Made by a program: the position numbers and the translations under genes | The notes under the pieces: generated by a model | The model's database searches: none | What the model saw: the letters and a program-made list of their open reading frames with translations, nothing else | What the model was told of the DNA's origin: nothing | Part shown: piece by piece, positions 48,540-59,285 of the stretch | Numbering within the stretch: the stretch's first letter is position 1 | Layout of the letters: every line of letters starts with the position of its first letter | NCBI GenBank assembly: GCA_040390725.1 | Contig: JAZJXT010000006.1 | Coordinates: 64,367-128,366, forward strand | Length of the DNA: 64,000 nucleotides | From: Patescibacteria group bacterium | GTDB lineage: Bacteria; Patescibacteriota; Minisyncoccia; Phycocordibacterales; UBA9973 | Direction of reading: 5' to 3'

Positions 48540-51500
48540 ATGAAATTATTTAAAAAATTAAATTTAATATCACATATTACAATTCTAATAATATTAGGAT
48601 TTGGCTTAATTTCATTTTCTCAAAATGCTTTAGCATCAGCTACTGTGACTGCAGGATTAGGTGGGTCTACAATATCAGCTGATACTAATATCACAAACGG
48701 CACATCGGCAACTTGGACAAATATTTCTACTACTAATCCTACCATAACAGAAGGTTCTTTCGGTGATATTGGATTAGGCACAATTATTTTAAACGCTCCA
48801 AGCGGTTTTCAATTTAATACAACAAGCTCTGTAACGGCAACCGTAACAACAAATGGTAATTGTAGTTCCGGAACTTCAGTAAAATTAAATAGTTCTTTAT
48901 CTCAGACCGTTACTCCGGCAACAGGTACAATCACAATAAATGTGTCACAAGTTTCAAGTGGTTCTGGAAGTGCTTGTAAAAGTATTATTACTTACACAGG
49001 AATAAAAGTCCGCCCATCAACCGGCACTCCGCTCGCATCCGGCAACATTACTAAAAGTTCTTCTTCAACTTCTACAATATCCGGTGTCACAAACGGCTCG
49101 ACAAATTTTGGAACTCTTACTGAATCTGCCGGAGCAGTTTCCGCAGTTTCTGTTTCTCCTGCAAGCCCGACTGTTGCTTCCGGATCAACTCAACAATTCA
49201 CTGCGACTGCCACTGACACTTATGGAAATACATTATCAGGACAAACTTTTACTTGGTCTATAACTAGTGGCCCAGGCAGTATAAATTCAAGCGGACTTTT
49301 TTCTGCTACAACAGCAGGAACTTCTACGGTAAAAGCTTTGGACGGCGCAACTGTTTTCGGAACTGCTACCATTACAACGACTACTGCTCCTGATTTAACT
49401 GCTGGAGCAACCAGCCCGACGACTAGCACCGCAGGTGCAACACAAACTTTCAGTTCTACAATTTCAAACTCCGGTACAGCTTCTACCGGAGCTGGCTTTA
49501 CAACTCTCTTTCAAAAAGCAAATGACTCTATCGGTACTGGAGCAGTTGATGTCGGAACATATGCAAATACCACAATCACCGCAGGTGGAACACAGACTGC
49601 AACTCTTTCGTATGTTTTACCAAATACTGTAGGCACTATATATATGCGAGCTTGCGCTGACAAAAGCTCAATGGCGGACACTGGAACAATTACAGAATCA
49701 AATTCCGGAGGGACAGGAGAAAGTAATAACTGCGGAGCTTGGACGGCGGTCACTTTAACAGCCGGAACTTTAGATCACTTTGCTTTTTCAAATGTCGGCA
49801 CTCAAGTTGCCGGTACGCCTTTCAATGTTACTATAACAGCACAAGATGTAAACAATAATACAGTGACAAGTTATACAGGCTCTACTGCTAAAGTAAATTT
49901 CACGGTTACTAGTGGAACAATTTCACCGACGCAATCCAGCACGTTTACTTCCGGAGTACTTACCAATCAATCCATTACTTTAACCGGCACAAACTCTGCT
50001 ATGATCATAACTGCGACGGATAACGGAGGTACAGGAAAAACTGGAACTTCAAATTCGTTTACAGTAAATGCTGGAGCAGTTTCTGCCATCACAGTATCTC
50101 CCTCTTCAGCCTCATTCACAGCTGGCTCTTCATCTACTCAACAATTTACAGCAACAGCAAAAGATGCAAATAATAATACAAGATCAGGAGATAGTTTTAC
50201 TTGGTCAATAACTGCTGGTGGAGGAAGTATTACTTCGGGAGGAGTTTACACGTCAGGAAATACTGCAGGGAATTTTACTGTAACAGCTACTGACGGAGCA
50301 GTTTCTGGAACTGCTACTGTGACAATCACAGCCGGCGCAGTCGCAAACGTTACCGTCTCCCCCGCAAGTGCGACTGTTACTGCCGGTTCTACTCAACAAT
50401 TTACCGCGACAGCCAGAGACTCCGGTGGAAATACCGTCTCAGGACAAACTTTTACTTGGTCAGTCAGTGGAGGACTGGGCACAATAAGTTCAACTGGTTT
50501 ATACACAGCCAAAACTGCCGGAACATTTACAGTCACAGCTACAGATAATTCTATTTCCGGAAATGCTTCAGTAACTGTAAATGCTGGAACATTTACTAAA
50601 TTGCAAATACTTCTTCCTGGAGAGACAGCTTCCGCGGGAAGTTCTACGGGAAAAACTGGGACACCTTCTGCTCAAACTGCAGGCGTTTCATTTTCAGTCA
50701 TAGTAAATGGAGTTGATGCAAACTGGAATGTTGTAAGTTCTGCAATAGATACCGTAAGTATTACTTCTACAGATGGTAGTGCAACACTACCGGTAACGTC
50801 TGCATTAATAGGAGGCACAAAAACTTTTTCTGTAACACTAAATACAGTCGGAACAAAAACAATTACCGCGAGTGATACTGTATCCCACAGTGGTATCACT
50901 GCAAACACTTCACCATCAATAACTGTAAATGCCGGAGTAGTCGCTACAGTAACCGTCTCCCCTGCATCAACATCTGTCACACAGGGCTCAATAACAACAA
51001 CTCAATTCACCGCTACATCAAAAGATTCTGCAGGTAATACAATTTCTGGAGACACTATAAATTGGTCAGTGAGTACAAATGGAGGTTCGATTACTTCTGG
51101 AGGACTTTACACACCCAGCACCACTGCAGGCTCGTACACAATTACAGCTACTGACGGATCTGTTTCCGGAACTGCAACTGCGACAATAAATGCAGCACCT
51201 GATTTAACAATCGGCGCAATAAATCCAACTTCAGTAAATGCAGGGTCTGCTCAAACTTACACTGCAACAATCACAAACCTGGGAGGTGGTTCCACTGGAG
51301 CAACATTTACAACTCTCTTCCAAAGCGCAACTGATGCAAATGGAACAGGAGCTGTAGACTTAGGCACTGATGCCGATGCAATTTTATCCGGAGGCGGAAC
51401 ACAAGCAACAACATTTTCATATACAAATAATACTGCAGGAACTTTCTATATGCGTGCTTGCGCTGATAAAAGTTCCGCTGGAAATGCAGGTGTAATTTCA

Positions 51501-54149
51501 GAATGGAATTCCGGAGGAACAGGTGAATTAAATAACTGCGGGGCATGGACTGCTATCACAGTCAATGCTGGAGCATTTAGTAAACTACAATTACTAGTCC
51601 CAGGTGAAACTGCAAATCCTGGTAGTGCAACTGGAAAAACTGGAACCCCAACAACAGAAACTGCCGGCATACCTTTTAACGTGACAGTTAATGCAGTGGA
51701 TGCAAACTGGAATGTTGTCAGTTCAACACATACAATAAAAATAACTTCGAGCGATGGTGCAGCTACTCTGCCTGTAAACTCTGCATTAATTTCCGGAACA
51801 AAAAATTTCACTATTACTTTAAATACTTACACCAGTAAAACTTGGACAATCACTGCGACAGACGTGACTGATGGCACAAAAACTGCAAACACTTCCCCAG
51901 GCATAAGTATAAACCGCGGACTTGATCACTTTTCTTTCGCAACTATCGCAGACCAAACGACCGGCGTATCTTTCCCGATTACAATCACAGCAAAAGATTC
52001 TCAAAATAATACTGTCACTGGATTTGCCGGCAGTGTAAATTTAACCACCAATGATACTTCTATCACTCCGACTGTGTCTGGAATATTTTCAAGTGGAGTA
52101 GCTACTGTTTCTGCGGTGACATTAACAGGCACAGGAGCTTCAAAAACAATCACTGCCACAGATGCAGCCGGAACAGGCATAGTGGGAACTTCAAATACTT
52201 TCAGAGTTTACTATCCTGTCACTTCCACATCCCCTCTTTCACCGACGACAACAGGTAATTTAAATAGTTGGTATCTTTCCGGTTCAGCTCCGACAAAACA
52301 ATCCGCACTAGCAGACATTGACGATACGACTTTTATTTCTTTCGGACCGGACGCGCAAACTTTCACAATGACAAATAGCACAATACCACCAGGAGCAAAT
52401 ATCCTCGGTGTAACACTAAATGTCACCGCAGCAAAACCAACAGGAGGCGCGACTACAAGCATGCAAATGATCGCAGAAAATGGCACAGGCGCAAATCAAC
52501 AAATCATAGACGGCACAGTGCGAACACTTACAAAGACTTTCACCAATTACAGCTGGAACATACCGACGATGCCGGATGGATCACCTTGGACATTAGCGGA
52601 AGTAAATAATTGGACGACAAAATTCGGAATCCTAAAATCAAATTTCACCGGCACAGCAGAGGTCAGCAAAGTCTGGGTATCAGTCGCCTACTCTACTACT
52701 TCATCCACGCCGAGCTGTAAATTGGGAGTGGATCTTTCTGGAGATGGAGGATTGACTTGGGGAAATGAACAAACAACCGCGTCCCTTTCCACCACTAATC
52801 AGACTTATGTCTTAGGTGGAAGTGGAGATACTTGGGGCAATGGTTCTGGATGGAATGCCACAAACCTTGCAAATGGAAAATTTATAGCCAGAGTCCACGC
52901 GGTAAATTATGGAAATAGTTGTTCGAGCACTGATGTTGATTACTTAGATTGGATTCGACTAAAAGCAACTTTCAAAGTAGACATAGCGAGACAGCTAGCT
53001 TTACAGGCAGCCGATGCGGCAAAAAAAGCCACGACTACTCCGATAGATATATTTAGTATTTATTTTGATTCCAGTAAATTCGCAAATGGAAATGGACTGA
53101 CAAATGCAAATCTTTTAGCGTCTATCGCTTCCGGAAGTACTCCAAACGTTCCTTACCAAAATGGTTCAGCAAATAATATTGCAGGAGTAATATCCGACTC
53201 AGACATTGCTGTGCCCCTTGTCTCTGCTGTGTCTCCTAGTGAATGGACAAATCCGGACAATGCTCTCACCAGTGCCTCATATGCCACTAGTAGTACGGGT
53301 CAACAACAAGGTTATACAGGCTTTGGTTTTAATGTTCCGCCCGTAGCGACTATTACAGGAATAGAAGCAGATATGTCAGCATTCAATACAAATGGTGGTG
53401 ACATTAAAGCAGAAATTTCAACAGACGGGGGAACAACTTATACTAATACTTCTGCCTTGCCAGGATACGCAACTGCGACTCTGACCGGTACGGCAAAAAG
53501 TGTATCAATAGGAGGAACAGGAAAACTTTGGGGAAGAAATAATTGGATCTCAAGTGATTTCAATACAGGCAACGTAGTTCTTAAACTTATAAATGATGCA
53601 TCAGGTGGAACAATTTCAGTCAATCAAATAAAAATAAAAGTTTATTATACCGTTGACTCAGCAAATGCTGATGGTGACAATTTCTTCATTGCTCCAAATT
53701 CGAGTAACATTACAGATATTTTCAATTTCATAGGAGAACAAGTTTGCCCTGCCCTGCTTTACACAGCTCAAGCTCCCCCTCCAACCACTGCTACAATTAC
53801 TACAATAGTTCGCACTATTAATTCAAATTCCGGCACTAAACAATCCAGTAATTTTTCTGTAAATGTAAATCCAACTTCACAATCAACGACTACTTTCTCA
53901 GGGTCTGATACCCCGGGCACAAGTACTGTTATAAATCCAGACACTTATACTGTCTCAGAAAGCCCAATGACTGGGTACACCGAAAGCTTTGGCGCAGGTT
54001 GCATAGCTGATGGCACTACAGATTACCCTACCCTAATCGCCGGAGAAACTCGTGTATGTATTATTACCAATAACGACATTCCTGCCCCACCCCCTCCTCC
54101 AAACCTCAACATCATCCCATCTACCTGGCAGGAAATACCGACCCAATAG
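48540..54149 (+). CDS. giant secreted adhesin with many bacterial Ig-like (Big_2-type) repeats
   Basis: 1869 aa; signal/TM N-terminus; repeated V(S/T)VSPASxTVxAGSTQQFTATAxDxxGNTxSGQTFTWS modules; Ser/Thr/Gly-rich; C-terminal region homologous to the 46367 gene C-terminus. Confidence 0.75.
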   Translation: MKLFKKLNLISHITILIILGFGLISFSQNALASATVTAGLGGSTISADTNITNGTSATWTNISTTNPTITEGSFGDIGLGTIILNAPSGFQFNTTSSVTATVTTNGNCSSGTSVKLNSSLSQTVTPATGTITINVSQVSSGSGSACKSIITYTGIKVRPSTGTPLASGNITKSSSSTSTISGVTNGSTNFGTLTESAGAVSAVSVSPASPTVASGSTQQFTATATDTYGNTLSGQTFTWSITSGPGSINSSGLFSATTAGTSTVKALDGATVFGTATITTTTAPDLTAGATSPTTSTAGATQTFSSTISNSGTASTGAGFTTLFQKANDSIGTGAVDVGTYANTTITAGGTQTATLSYVLPNTVGTIYMRACADKSSMADTGTITESNSGGTGESNNCGAWTAVTLTAGTLDHFAFSNVGTQVAGTPFNVTITAQDVNNNTVTSYTGSTAKVNFTVTSGTISPTQSSTFTSGVLTNQSITLTGTNSAMIITATDNGGTGKTGTSNSFTVNAGAVSAITVSPSSASFTAGSSSTQQFTATAKDANNNTRSGDSFTWSITAGGGSITSGGVYTSGNTAGNFTVTATDGAVSGTATVTITAGAVANVTVSPASATVTAGSTQQFTATARDSGGNTVSGQTFTWSVSGGLGTISSTGLYTAKTAGTFTVTATDNSISGNASVTVNAGTFTKLQILLPGETASAGSSTGKTGTPSAQTAGVSFSVIVNGVDANWNVVSSAIDTVSITSTDGSATLPVTSALIGGTKTFSVTLNTVGTKTITASDTVSHSGITANTSPSITVNAGVVATVTVSPASTSVTQGSITTTQFTATSKDSAGNTISGDTINWSVSTNGGSITSGGLYTPSTTAGSYTITATDGSVSGTATATINAAPDLTIGAINPTSVNAGSAQTYTATITNLGGGSTGATFTTLFQSATDANGTGAVDLGTDADAILSGGGTQATTFSYTNNTAGTFYMRACADKSSAGNAGVISEWNSGGTGELNNCGAWTAITVNAGAFSKLQLLVPGETANPGSATGKTGTPTTETAGIPFNVTVNAVDANWNVVSSTHTIKITSSDGAATLPVNSALISGTKNFTITLNTYTSKTWTITATDVTDGTKTANTSPGISINRGLDHFSFATIADQTTGVSFPITITAKDSQNNTVTGFAGSVNLTTNDTSITPTVSGIFSSGVATVSAVTLTGTGASKTITATDAAGTGIVGTSNTFRVYYPVTSTSPLSPTTTGNLNSWYLSGSAPTKQSALADIDDTTFISFGPDAQTFTMTNSTIPPGANILGVTLNVTAAKPTGGATTSMQMIAENGTGANQQIIDGTVRTLTKTFTNYSWNIPTMPDGSPWTLAEVNNWTTKFGILKSNFTGTAEVSKVWVSVAYSTTSSTPSCKLGVDLSGDGGLTWGNEQTTASLSTTNQTYVLGGSGDTWGNGSGWNATNLANGKFIARVHAVNYGNSCSSTDVDYLDWIRLKATFKVDIARQLALQAADAAKKATTTPIDIFSIYFDSSKFANGNGLTNANLLASIASGSTPNVPYQNGSANNIAGVISDSDIAVPLVSAVSPSEWTNPDNALTSASYATSSTGQQQGYTGFGFNVPPVATITGIEADMSAFNTNGGDIKAEISTDGGTTYTNTSALPGYATATLTGTAKSVSIGGTGKLWGRNNWISSDFNTGNVVLKLINDASGGTISVNQIKIKVYYTVDSANADGDNFFIAPNSSNITDIFNFIGEQVCPALLYTAQAPPPTTATITTIVRTINSNSGTKQSSNFSVNVNPTSQSTTTFSGSDTPGTSTVINPDTYTVSESPMTGYTESFGAGCIADGTTDYPTLIAGETRVCIITNNDIPAPPPPPNLNIIPSTWQEIPTQ

Positions 54150-54229
54150 ACAAAAGTAAATAAAGAGTAATCCACAGCTTGCACTTATAAACTTGCATTA
54201 TAATTTACTTTGCGAGATAATATATAGAT

Positions 54230-54763
54230 ATGAAAAAAAGTAGAATCAATAGCACTCAAGGATTTACATTAATTGAAATCTTGATCGTCATCGGCATCAT
54301 CGCTGTTTTAGCATCGATAGTTATCGTAGCTATTAACCCTGCAAAACAATTTGCTCAAGCACGCAACACTCAAAGACAATCAAACGTCGAAACTATTTTA
54401 AATGCCATCGGTCAACGCATCGCCGACAACAAAGGAACATTTGATGGAGATTTTACTGTAGGCGCTACTCCCTATCACTGTCCGGTTCTTAGTTCTGGAA
54501 ATACTTACAATATCACTACTACAAACACCTCCACTGTTGTAGCAGAAAGTTTTAGTCCTACTGTTGTTTTAGGTACGGTAGGGTTAGGGTGTCTGACTCC
54601 TACATATGTTTCTACTTTCCCTGAAGATCCAGTAACTGCTTCTGGCATCAATACCGGCTATACCCTCGGAGTAGACAGCATCAATCGCATAACTATCTGC
54701 GCCCCTGCAGCCGCAAATGAAAATTCCGTCCCAAGCCCAGCAGCTATTTGTCTAACTAGATAA
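54230..54763 (+). CDS. type IV pilin (major pilin candidate)
   Basis: MKKSRINSTQGFTLIEILIVIGIIAVLASIVIVAINPAKQFAQARNTQRQSNVETI is the classical class III signal peptide and N-terminal alpha-helix. Confidence 0.85.
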   Translation: MKKSRINSTQGFTLIEILIVIGIIAVLASIVIVAINPAKQFAQARNTQRQSNVETILNAIGQRIADNKGTFDGDFTVGATPYHCPVLSSGNTYNITTTNTSTVVAESFSPTVVLGTVGLGCLTPTYVSTFPEDPVTASGINTGYTLGVDSINRITICAPAAANENSVPSPAAICLTR

Positions 54764-54821
54764 GATTGAAAAATTCTTAGAAATAATATATACTTCGCAA
54801 GTAGTTTTTTATGCGCGGTTT

Positions 54822-54849
54822 CAGCCCAAGGCTGATCCGCCTAGGGCGG
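54822..54849. repeat. palindromic intergenic element (copy 2 of 2)
   Basis: agcccaaggctgatccgcctagggcgga, 25/28 identical to 2980-3007; lies after the pilin stop and before tRNA-Val. Confidence 0.5.
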
Positions 54850-54870
54850 AAGCTCTTTTGTATATATAAT

Positions 54871-54946
54871 GCGCGGTTAGCTCAGTTGGTAGAGCAACCC
54901 GTTTACACCGGGAAGGTCGCAGGTTCGAGTCCTGCACCGCGCACCA
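54871..54946 (+). tRNA. tRNA-Val (TAC)
   Basis: GCGCGGTTAGCTCAGTTGGTAGAGCA...anticodon loop TTTACAC...GGTTCGAGTCC...ACCGCGCACCA; canonical cloverleaf with encoded CCA. Confidence 0.85.
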
Positions 54947-54957
54947 GCCAATAAAAT

Positions 54958-55029
54958 GCCCCTGTAGTTAAATGGATATAACTACGGACTTCTAAGCCGT
55001 TATTCGAGGTTCGATTCCTCGCGGGGGCA
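54958..55029 (+). tRNA. tRNA-Arg (TCT)
   Basis: GCCCCTGTAGTTAAATGGATATAACT...anticodon loop CTTCTAA...GGTTCGATTCC...CGGGGGCA; no encoded CCA. Confidence 0.75.
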
Positions 55030-55083
55030 CAAAACAATTCTTGTTGGCAACATGTTGGTAACTTTTTAGCTAAATTTTTACTC

Positions 55084-56244
55084 TTAATGACTATGATGAA
55101 AGTGACTCAAAGCATTTTCTTCCTTTTTTAATTCTTCTTTAGATAAATTTAATTTCTCTTTTTTGATAAGCATATAAACTGACAAAAGAGTAACAATAGG
55201 CACAGCCAAGACTAAGCCAATACTGCCTATCAAAGCTCGAATTATTTCCGTAGAAAATATTTCTCTATTTACAATCATCGATATATTTACCGGCGGAGTT
55301 GAAAAAAGTAAAAGTAAAGGCAATGATGCGCCAACATAAGCGATAGCCAAGGTATTTACCAAGGCGCCTATGTGCTCTCTGCCCATTCGCATCGCTCTTT
55401 TAAAAATTGTTATTCTTGGAATATGCGGAGCTATTTTATGAAGTTCTTCCACAGAAATAGCTTGCCCTATCGCCACATCATATAAAATACCTAAAAGACC
55501 AATCATAATCCCACCAATTAGTATGCCCACCAAATCAATACTTCCGCGAGAATTTAAATTTAAGTAAACAGCTTCTTCGCTAGCATAACCACTAAATTCC
55601 GAAACATGCACGGCGACATAAGCCATAATTCCAGTCACAATAACTGTGCCTATCATTCCAATAACGGCGGCAGAAGTAGTTTTATTAAATCCGTGAGTGA
55701 CATAAGAACCTAAAACAATAATTAATGAAGACACGCCTATGCTTACTAAAATCGGAGAATAGCCGTGCAAAATACTCGGCAAGAGAACATACATAATCAA
55801 CACAAAACTTCCCGCTAAACTAATAAGTCCGCGAACTCCTTGCACTCCTCCGACCAGTAAAACTAGTACGATAAATAATGCGACAAAAAAATAAATTACT
55901 GGCAATCTGTCCACATCTTCAACACTAAAAAAATCTTGTCCCGTATCGGCTGAAACAGTGTAATTGAGAAAAAACACATCACCTGTTTTGAGTTGAATAA
56001 AATCATTTTTAAAGGTAACCTCTTCTCCCTTTTTATCTCCCTCTAAAATAACAGCATCTACTGTTTGAGTTTTAGTCTTTACATCATAAATAGGAATATT
56101 ACTGACATCACTACCCTTTATATCTACAACCTTAGCTTTAATAATAGAAATTTGGTCAGGAACAATTTCCGCCGCGCGCGAAAAAGCTGGAACAAAAATA
56201 CCAAAAACAAGCACAATAACAAAAAAATATTTTACAAAACGCAT
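55084..56244 (-). CDS. YibE/F-like polytopic membrane protein
   Basis: 386 aa; signal/TM, a periplasmic domain of about 100 aa, then 6-8 TM helices; resembles the YibE/F family architecture; by eye only. Confidence 0.4.
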   Translation of the reverse strand: MRFVKYFFVIVLVFGIFVPAFSRAAEIVPDQISIIKAKVVDIKGSDVSNIPIYDVKTKTQTVDAVILEGDKKGEEVTFKNDFIQLKTGDVFFLNYTVSADTGQDFFSVEDVDRLPVIYFFVALFIVLVLLVGGVQGVRGLISLAGSFVLIMYVLLPSILHGYSPILVSIGVSSLIIVLGSYVTHGFNKTTSAAVIGMIGTVIVTGIMAYVAVHVSEFSGYASEEAVYLNLNSRGSIDLVGILIGGIMIGLLGILYDVAIGQAISVEELHKIAPHIPRITIFKRAMRMGREHIGALVNTLAIAYVGASLPLLLLFSTPPVNISMIVNREIFSTEIIRALIGSIGLVLAVPIVTLLSVYMLIKKEKLNLSKEELKKEENALSHFHHSH

Positions 56245-56322
56245 TACTTAATCTTACCATAGATTTAAAAGTTATTCACATTTCTAGTTGCAAATGATTT
56301 GCATTTAGTATAAAGTGAATTT

Positions 56323-57252
56323 ATGAATAAAAAAATAATAATTGGTTTTGTGTTGGGAATAATATTTATCGGAATTTTAACTTTAGTTATTAAAAATAAG
56401 CATTCTGCCCTCTCTGTTTCTTCAGATAAAATTCAAGTCAGTACAAGCTTTTATCCGCTTTACTTTTTCACCAGTGAAATAGGCGCAGATAAAGCTAATG
56501 TCTCAAACATCACCCCTGCCGGCGGAGAACCGCATGATTACGAGCCGACTCCGAATGACATTGCCTCTATTGAAAACAGCAATCTTTTGATATTAAACGG
56601 CGGAGGATTGGAAGCTTGGGGAGGAGATGTAAAGAAAAATTTAGAAACTGGAAATAACAAAACCGTCATCGTTACAGCCGGAGAAAACCTGACAAATCAA
56701 ACAGTTCTAGAAGACGGAAAGACAATTACCGACCCGCATGTCTGGCTCGCCCCTACCCTCGCTAGCATTATGGTAGATAAAATTTTAGCAGGATTCATAC
56801 AAGCCGACGCAGTAAATAAAAATTATTACGAAACAAATGCGGAAAAATTAAAAATGGAACTTTCTGCTCTTGATACGGAATACAAAAATGGCTTGGTAAA
56901 TTGTATTTCAAAAAATATAGTTACTTCACACTCAGCTTTTGGTTATCTTTCAACTGTTTACAATCTTCATCAAGTGCCAATTTCAGGACTTTCCCCTGAT
57001 TCTGAACCCTCCCCAAAGCAAATTGCAGATGTCGCAGACTTTGCAAAAAAGAACAATGTAAAGTATATTTTCTTTGAGAGTCTCGTCAGCCCGAAACTTT
57101 CTGAAACAGTCGCGCGTGAAATCGGAGCGCAAACCTTAGTGCTCGACCCCATTGAAGGCATCTCCCCTGAAAACATAAGTAAGGGAGAAAATTATTTCAC
57201 AGTTATGCGAGAGAATTTAAAAAATTTAGAAATAGCATTGGAATGTAAATAG
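56323..57252 (+). CDS. znuA: metal (zinc/manganese) ABC transporter substrate-binding protein, TroA/ZnuA family
   Basis: 309 aa; TM-anchored; DPHVWLAP motif; followed by ATPase and permease genes and zur. Confidence 0.8.
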   Translation: MNKKIIIGFVLGIIFIGILTLVIKNKHSALSVSSDKIQVSTSFYPLYFFTSEIGADKANVSNITPAGGEPHDYEPTPNDIASIENSNLLILNGGGLEAWGGDVKKNLETGNNKTVIVTAGENLTNQTVLEDGKTITDPHVWLAPTLASIMVDKILAGFIQADAVNKNYYETNAEKLKMELSALDTEYKNGLVNCISKNIVTSHSAFGYLSTVYNLHQVPISGLSPDSEPSPKQIADVADFAKKNNVKYIFFESLVSPKLSETVAREIGAQTLVLDPIEGISPENISKGENYFTVMRENLKNLEIALECK

Positions 57253-57261
57253 TTAAAATAA

Positions 57262-58047
57262 ATGCAAGTAAATCACGAAAAAAACATAATCGAAGTAAAA
57301 AATATTTCTTTCTCGTATGGAAAAGAAAAGGTTCTTGAGAATATCAGCTTCGATGTTCACCAAGGCGATTATCTCGGTGTTATCGGTCCAAATGGAGCGG
57401 GAAAAACTACTTTGTTAAAAATAATGCTCGGGCTATTAAAACCGGAAAACGGAGAAATAAATATTTTCGGTGTTCCCCTTTCAGAATTTAAAGACTGGCA
57501 TAAAATAGGTTACGTACCCCAAAAAGCTACAAGCTTCGATGTGAATTTCCCTGTGACTGTTTACGATGTAGCGATGATGGGACGATACGGTCGTTGTTTT
57601 TGCTGTAGAATAAATGCAAATGATAAAAAAATAGTCCGAGAGAAACTGGAACAAGTCGGAATGTGGGAACACCGCGATAAACTTATTGGTGACCTTTCCG
57701 GCGGACAACAACAAAGAGTATTTATCGCGCGCGCATTATCCACAGAACCTGAAATAATTTTCCTCGATGAACCTACAACTGGAGTCGACCAAAAAATGCA
57801 AGAAGAATTTTATACACTCCTACGCGAGCTCAACCGCGATAATGGACTCACTCTTGTTTTAATTTCCCACGATATAAAAACTGTCACCGAAGAGGCAATG
57901 CACATAGCCTGCATCGACCGCACATTAGTGTGCCATATGAGCCCGCAAGAGTATTTAAAAGAAAGCTTAAAAGATATTCAGCCGAAAGATATTTTTGGAC
58001 AGAAAGTAAAAATAATTACTCCTCACAAGCATAATCACGATCATTAA
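57262..58047 (+). CDS. znuC: metal ABC transporter ATP-binding protein
   Basis: Walker A GPNGAGKTTLLK, signature LSGGQQQRV, Walker B LDEPTTGVD. Confidence 0.85.
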   Translation: MQVNHEKNIIEVKNISFSYGKEKVLENISFDVHQGDYLGVIGPNGAGKTTLLKIMLGLLKPENGEINIFGVPLSEFKDWHKIGYVPQKATSFDVNFPVTVYDVAMMGRYGRCFCCRINANDKKIVREKLEQVGMWEHRDKLIGDLSGGQQQRVFIARALSTEPEIIFLDEPTTGVDQKMQEEFYTLLRELNRDNGLTLVLISHDIKTVTEEAMHIACIDRTLVCHMSPQEYLKESLKDIQPKDIFGQKVKIITPHKHNHDH

Positions 58048-58051
58048 ATTT

Positions 58052-58846
58052 ATGTCATTATTTCATTACACATTCATAATACACGGACTCGAGGCAGGAA
58101 TAATTGTCGCTATCATAGCACCATTGATAGGTATATTCTTAGTATTAAAAAGATATTCTTTGATTGCGGACACTCTATCTCATGTATCACTCGCGGGCAT
58201 AGCCATCGGGCTTTTAACAGGGATATCTCCAATAATAACTAGCCTAGGCGCGACAATCCTCGCATCGTTTGGAGTGGAAAAATTACGAAATTCCAAAAAA
58301 GTATATGGAGAATCTGCTTTGTCTCTTTTTCTTTCAGGCAGTTTGGCGCTTGCAATTGTTTTACTTTCCCTAGCTCACGGATTTAATACAAATTTATTTA
58401 ATTACCTTTTCGGCAGTATTGTCACAGTAACAACACAAGATGTATATGCTATTTTTGGATTAGCTCTCGTCGTCATAATCACCTTATCTTTATTTTACAA
58501 AGAATTGCTTTATGTCACTTTCGATGAAGACTCGGCGCAAGTTTCCGGCATCAACACTCGCCGAATGAATATCTTACTAATTATACTCTCTGCTCTTGTC
58601 GTGTCCCTGGCTATTCCCATAGTCGGAGTGCTGCTTATCAGCGCTTTGATAGTGGTGCCGGCAGTTTCCGCTCTACAATTCCGAACAAATTTTTTACAGA
58701 CTATTTTATACGCGGAAATAATTTCTATACTTTCGGTAATTGCCGGAATTATACTTTCATTTTATTTAAACATATCCGCCGGGGGTGCTATCGTGCTTTT
58801 AATGCTTGCAGTATTTTTTACAATTTACATTTTGAAAAATAAATAA
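58052..58846 (+). CDS. znuB: metal ABC transporter permease
   Basis: 264 aa polytopic membrane protein with ZnuB/TroC-like topology, in operon with znuAC. Confidence 0.8.
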   Translation: MSLFHYTFIIHGLEAGIIVAIIAPLIGIFLVLKRYSLIADTLSHVSLAGIAIGLLTGISPIITSLGATILASFGVEKLRNSKKVYGESALSLFLSGSLALAIVLLSLAHGFNTNLFNYLFGSIVTVTTQDVYAIFGLALVVIITLSLFYKELLYVTFDEDSAQVSGINTRRMNILLIILSALVVSLAIPIVGVLLISALIVVPAVSALQFRTNFLQTILYAEIISILSVIAGIILSFYLNISAGGAIVLLMLAVFFTIYILKNK

Positions 58847-58853
58847 TAAAAAT

Positions 58854-59285
58854 ATGAAAGAAAATAAAATACAAATAAATTTTAAAAAAATATTAAATAA
58901 TGCAGGACTAAAAAACACCCTGCCAAGACTCACCGTGCTGAAAATACTTTCAGAGACAAAACATCCAAAAACAACAAAAGATATATTTAATAAACTTAAG
59001 AAAAATGATATCGACTTAGTTACTTTATACAGAACACTATCTTCTTTTGAAGAAAAGAAAATTATAAAAAGAGTGGATTTACAAAAAGATGCTGTGTATT
59101 ACGAATTAAATACCGACCACCATCATCACATTATATGCACTAATTGCGATAAGGTGGCAGATTTTGTAGATGAAAACCACGAGAAACTTATCACTAAAGC
59201 CTTAGCGCAAGTTAAAAACTTCAAGTCAATAACCAGTCACTCTTTCGACCTATTCGGTATTTGCAATTCTTGCTCAGCAAAGTAA
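58854..59285 (+). CDS. zur: Fur-family transcriptional regulator (Zur-like)
   Basis: 143 aa; DNA-binding helix LPRLTVLKIL; metal sites HHHHIICTNCDKV and CNSC; downstream of znuABC. Confidence 0.8.
   Translation: MKENKIQINFKKILNNAGLKNTLPRLTVLKILSETKHPKTTKDIFNKLKKNDIDLVTLYRTLSSFEEKKIIKRVDLQKDAVYYELNTDHHHHIICTNCDKVADFVDENHEKLITKALAQVKNFKSITSHSFDLFGICNSCSAK

Noticed and set aside
49220-53623. Numerous 60-120-aa minus-strand ORFs inside the giant adhesin gene
   Set aside because: Antisense frames of a Thr/Ser/Gly/Ala-rich repeat gene; Val/Pro-rich artefacts.
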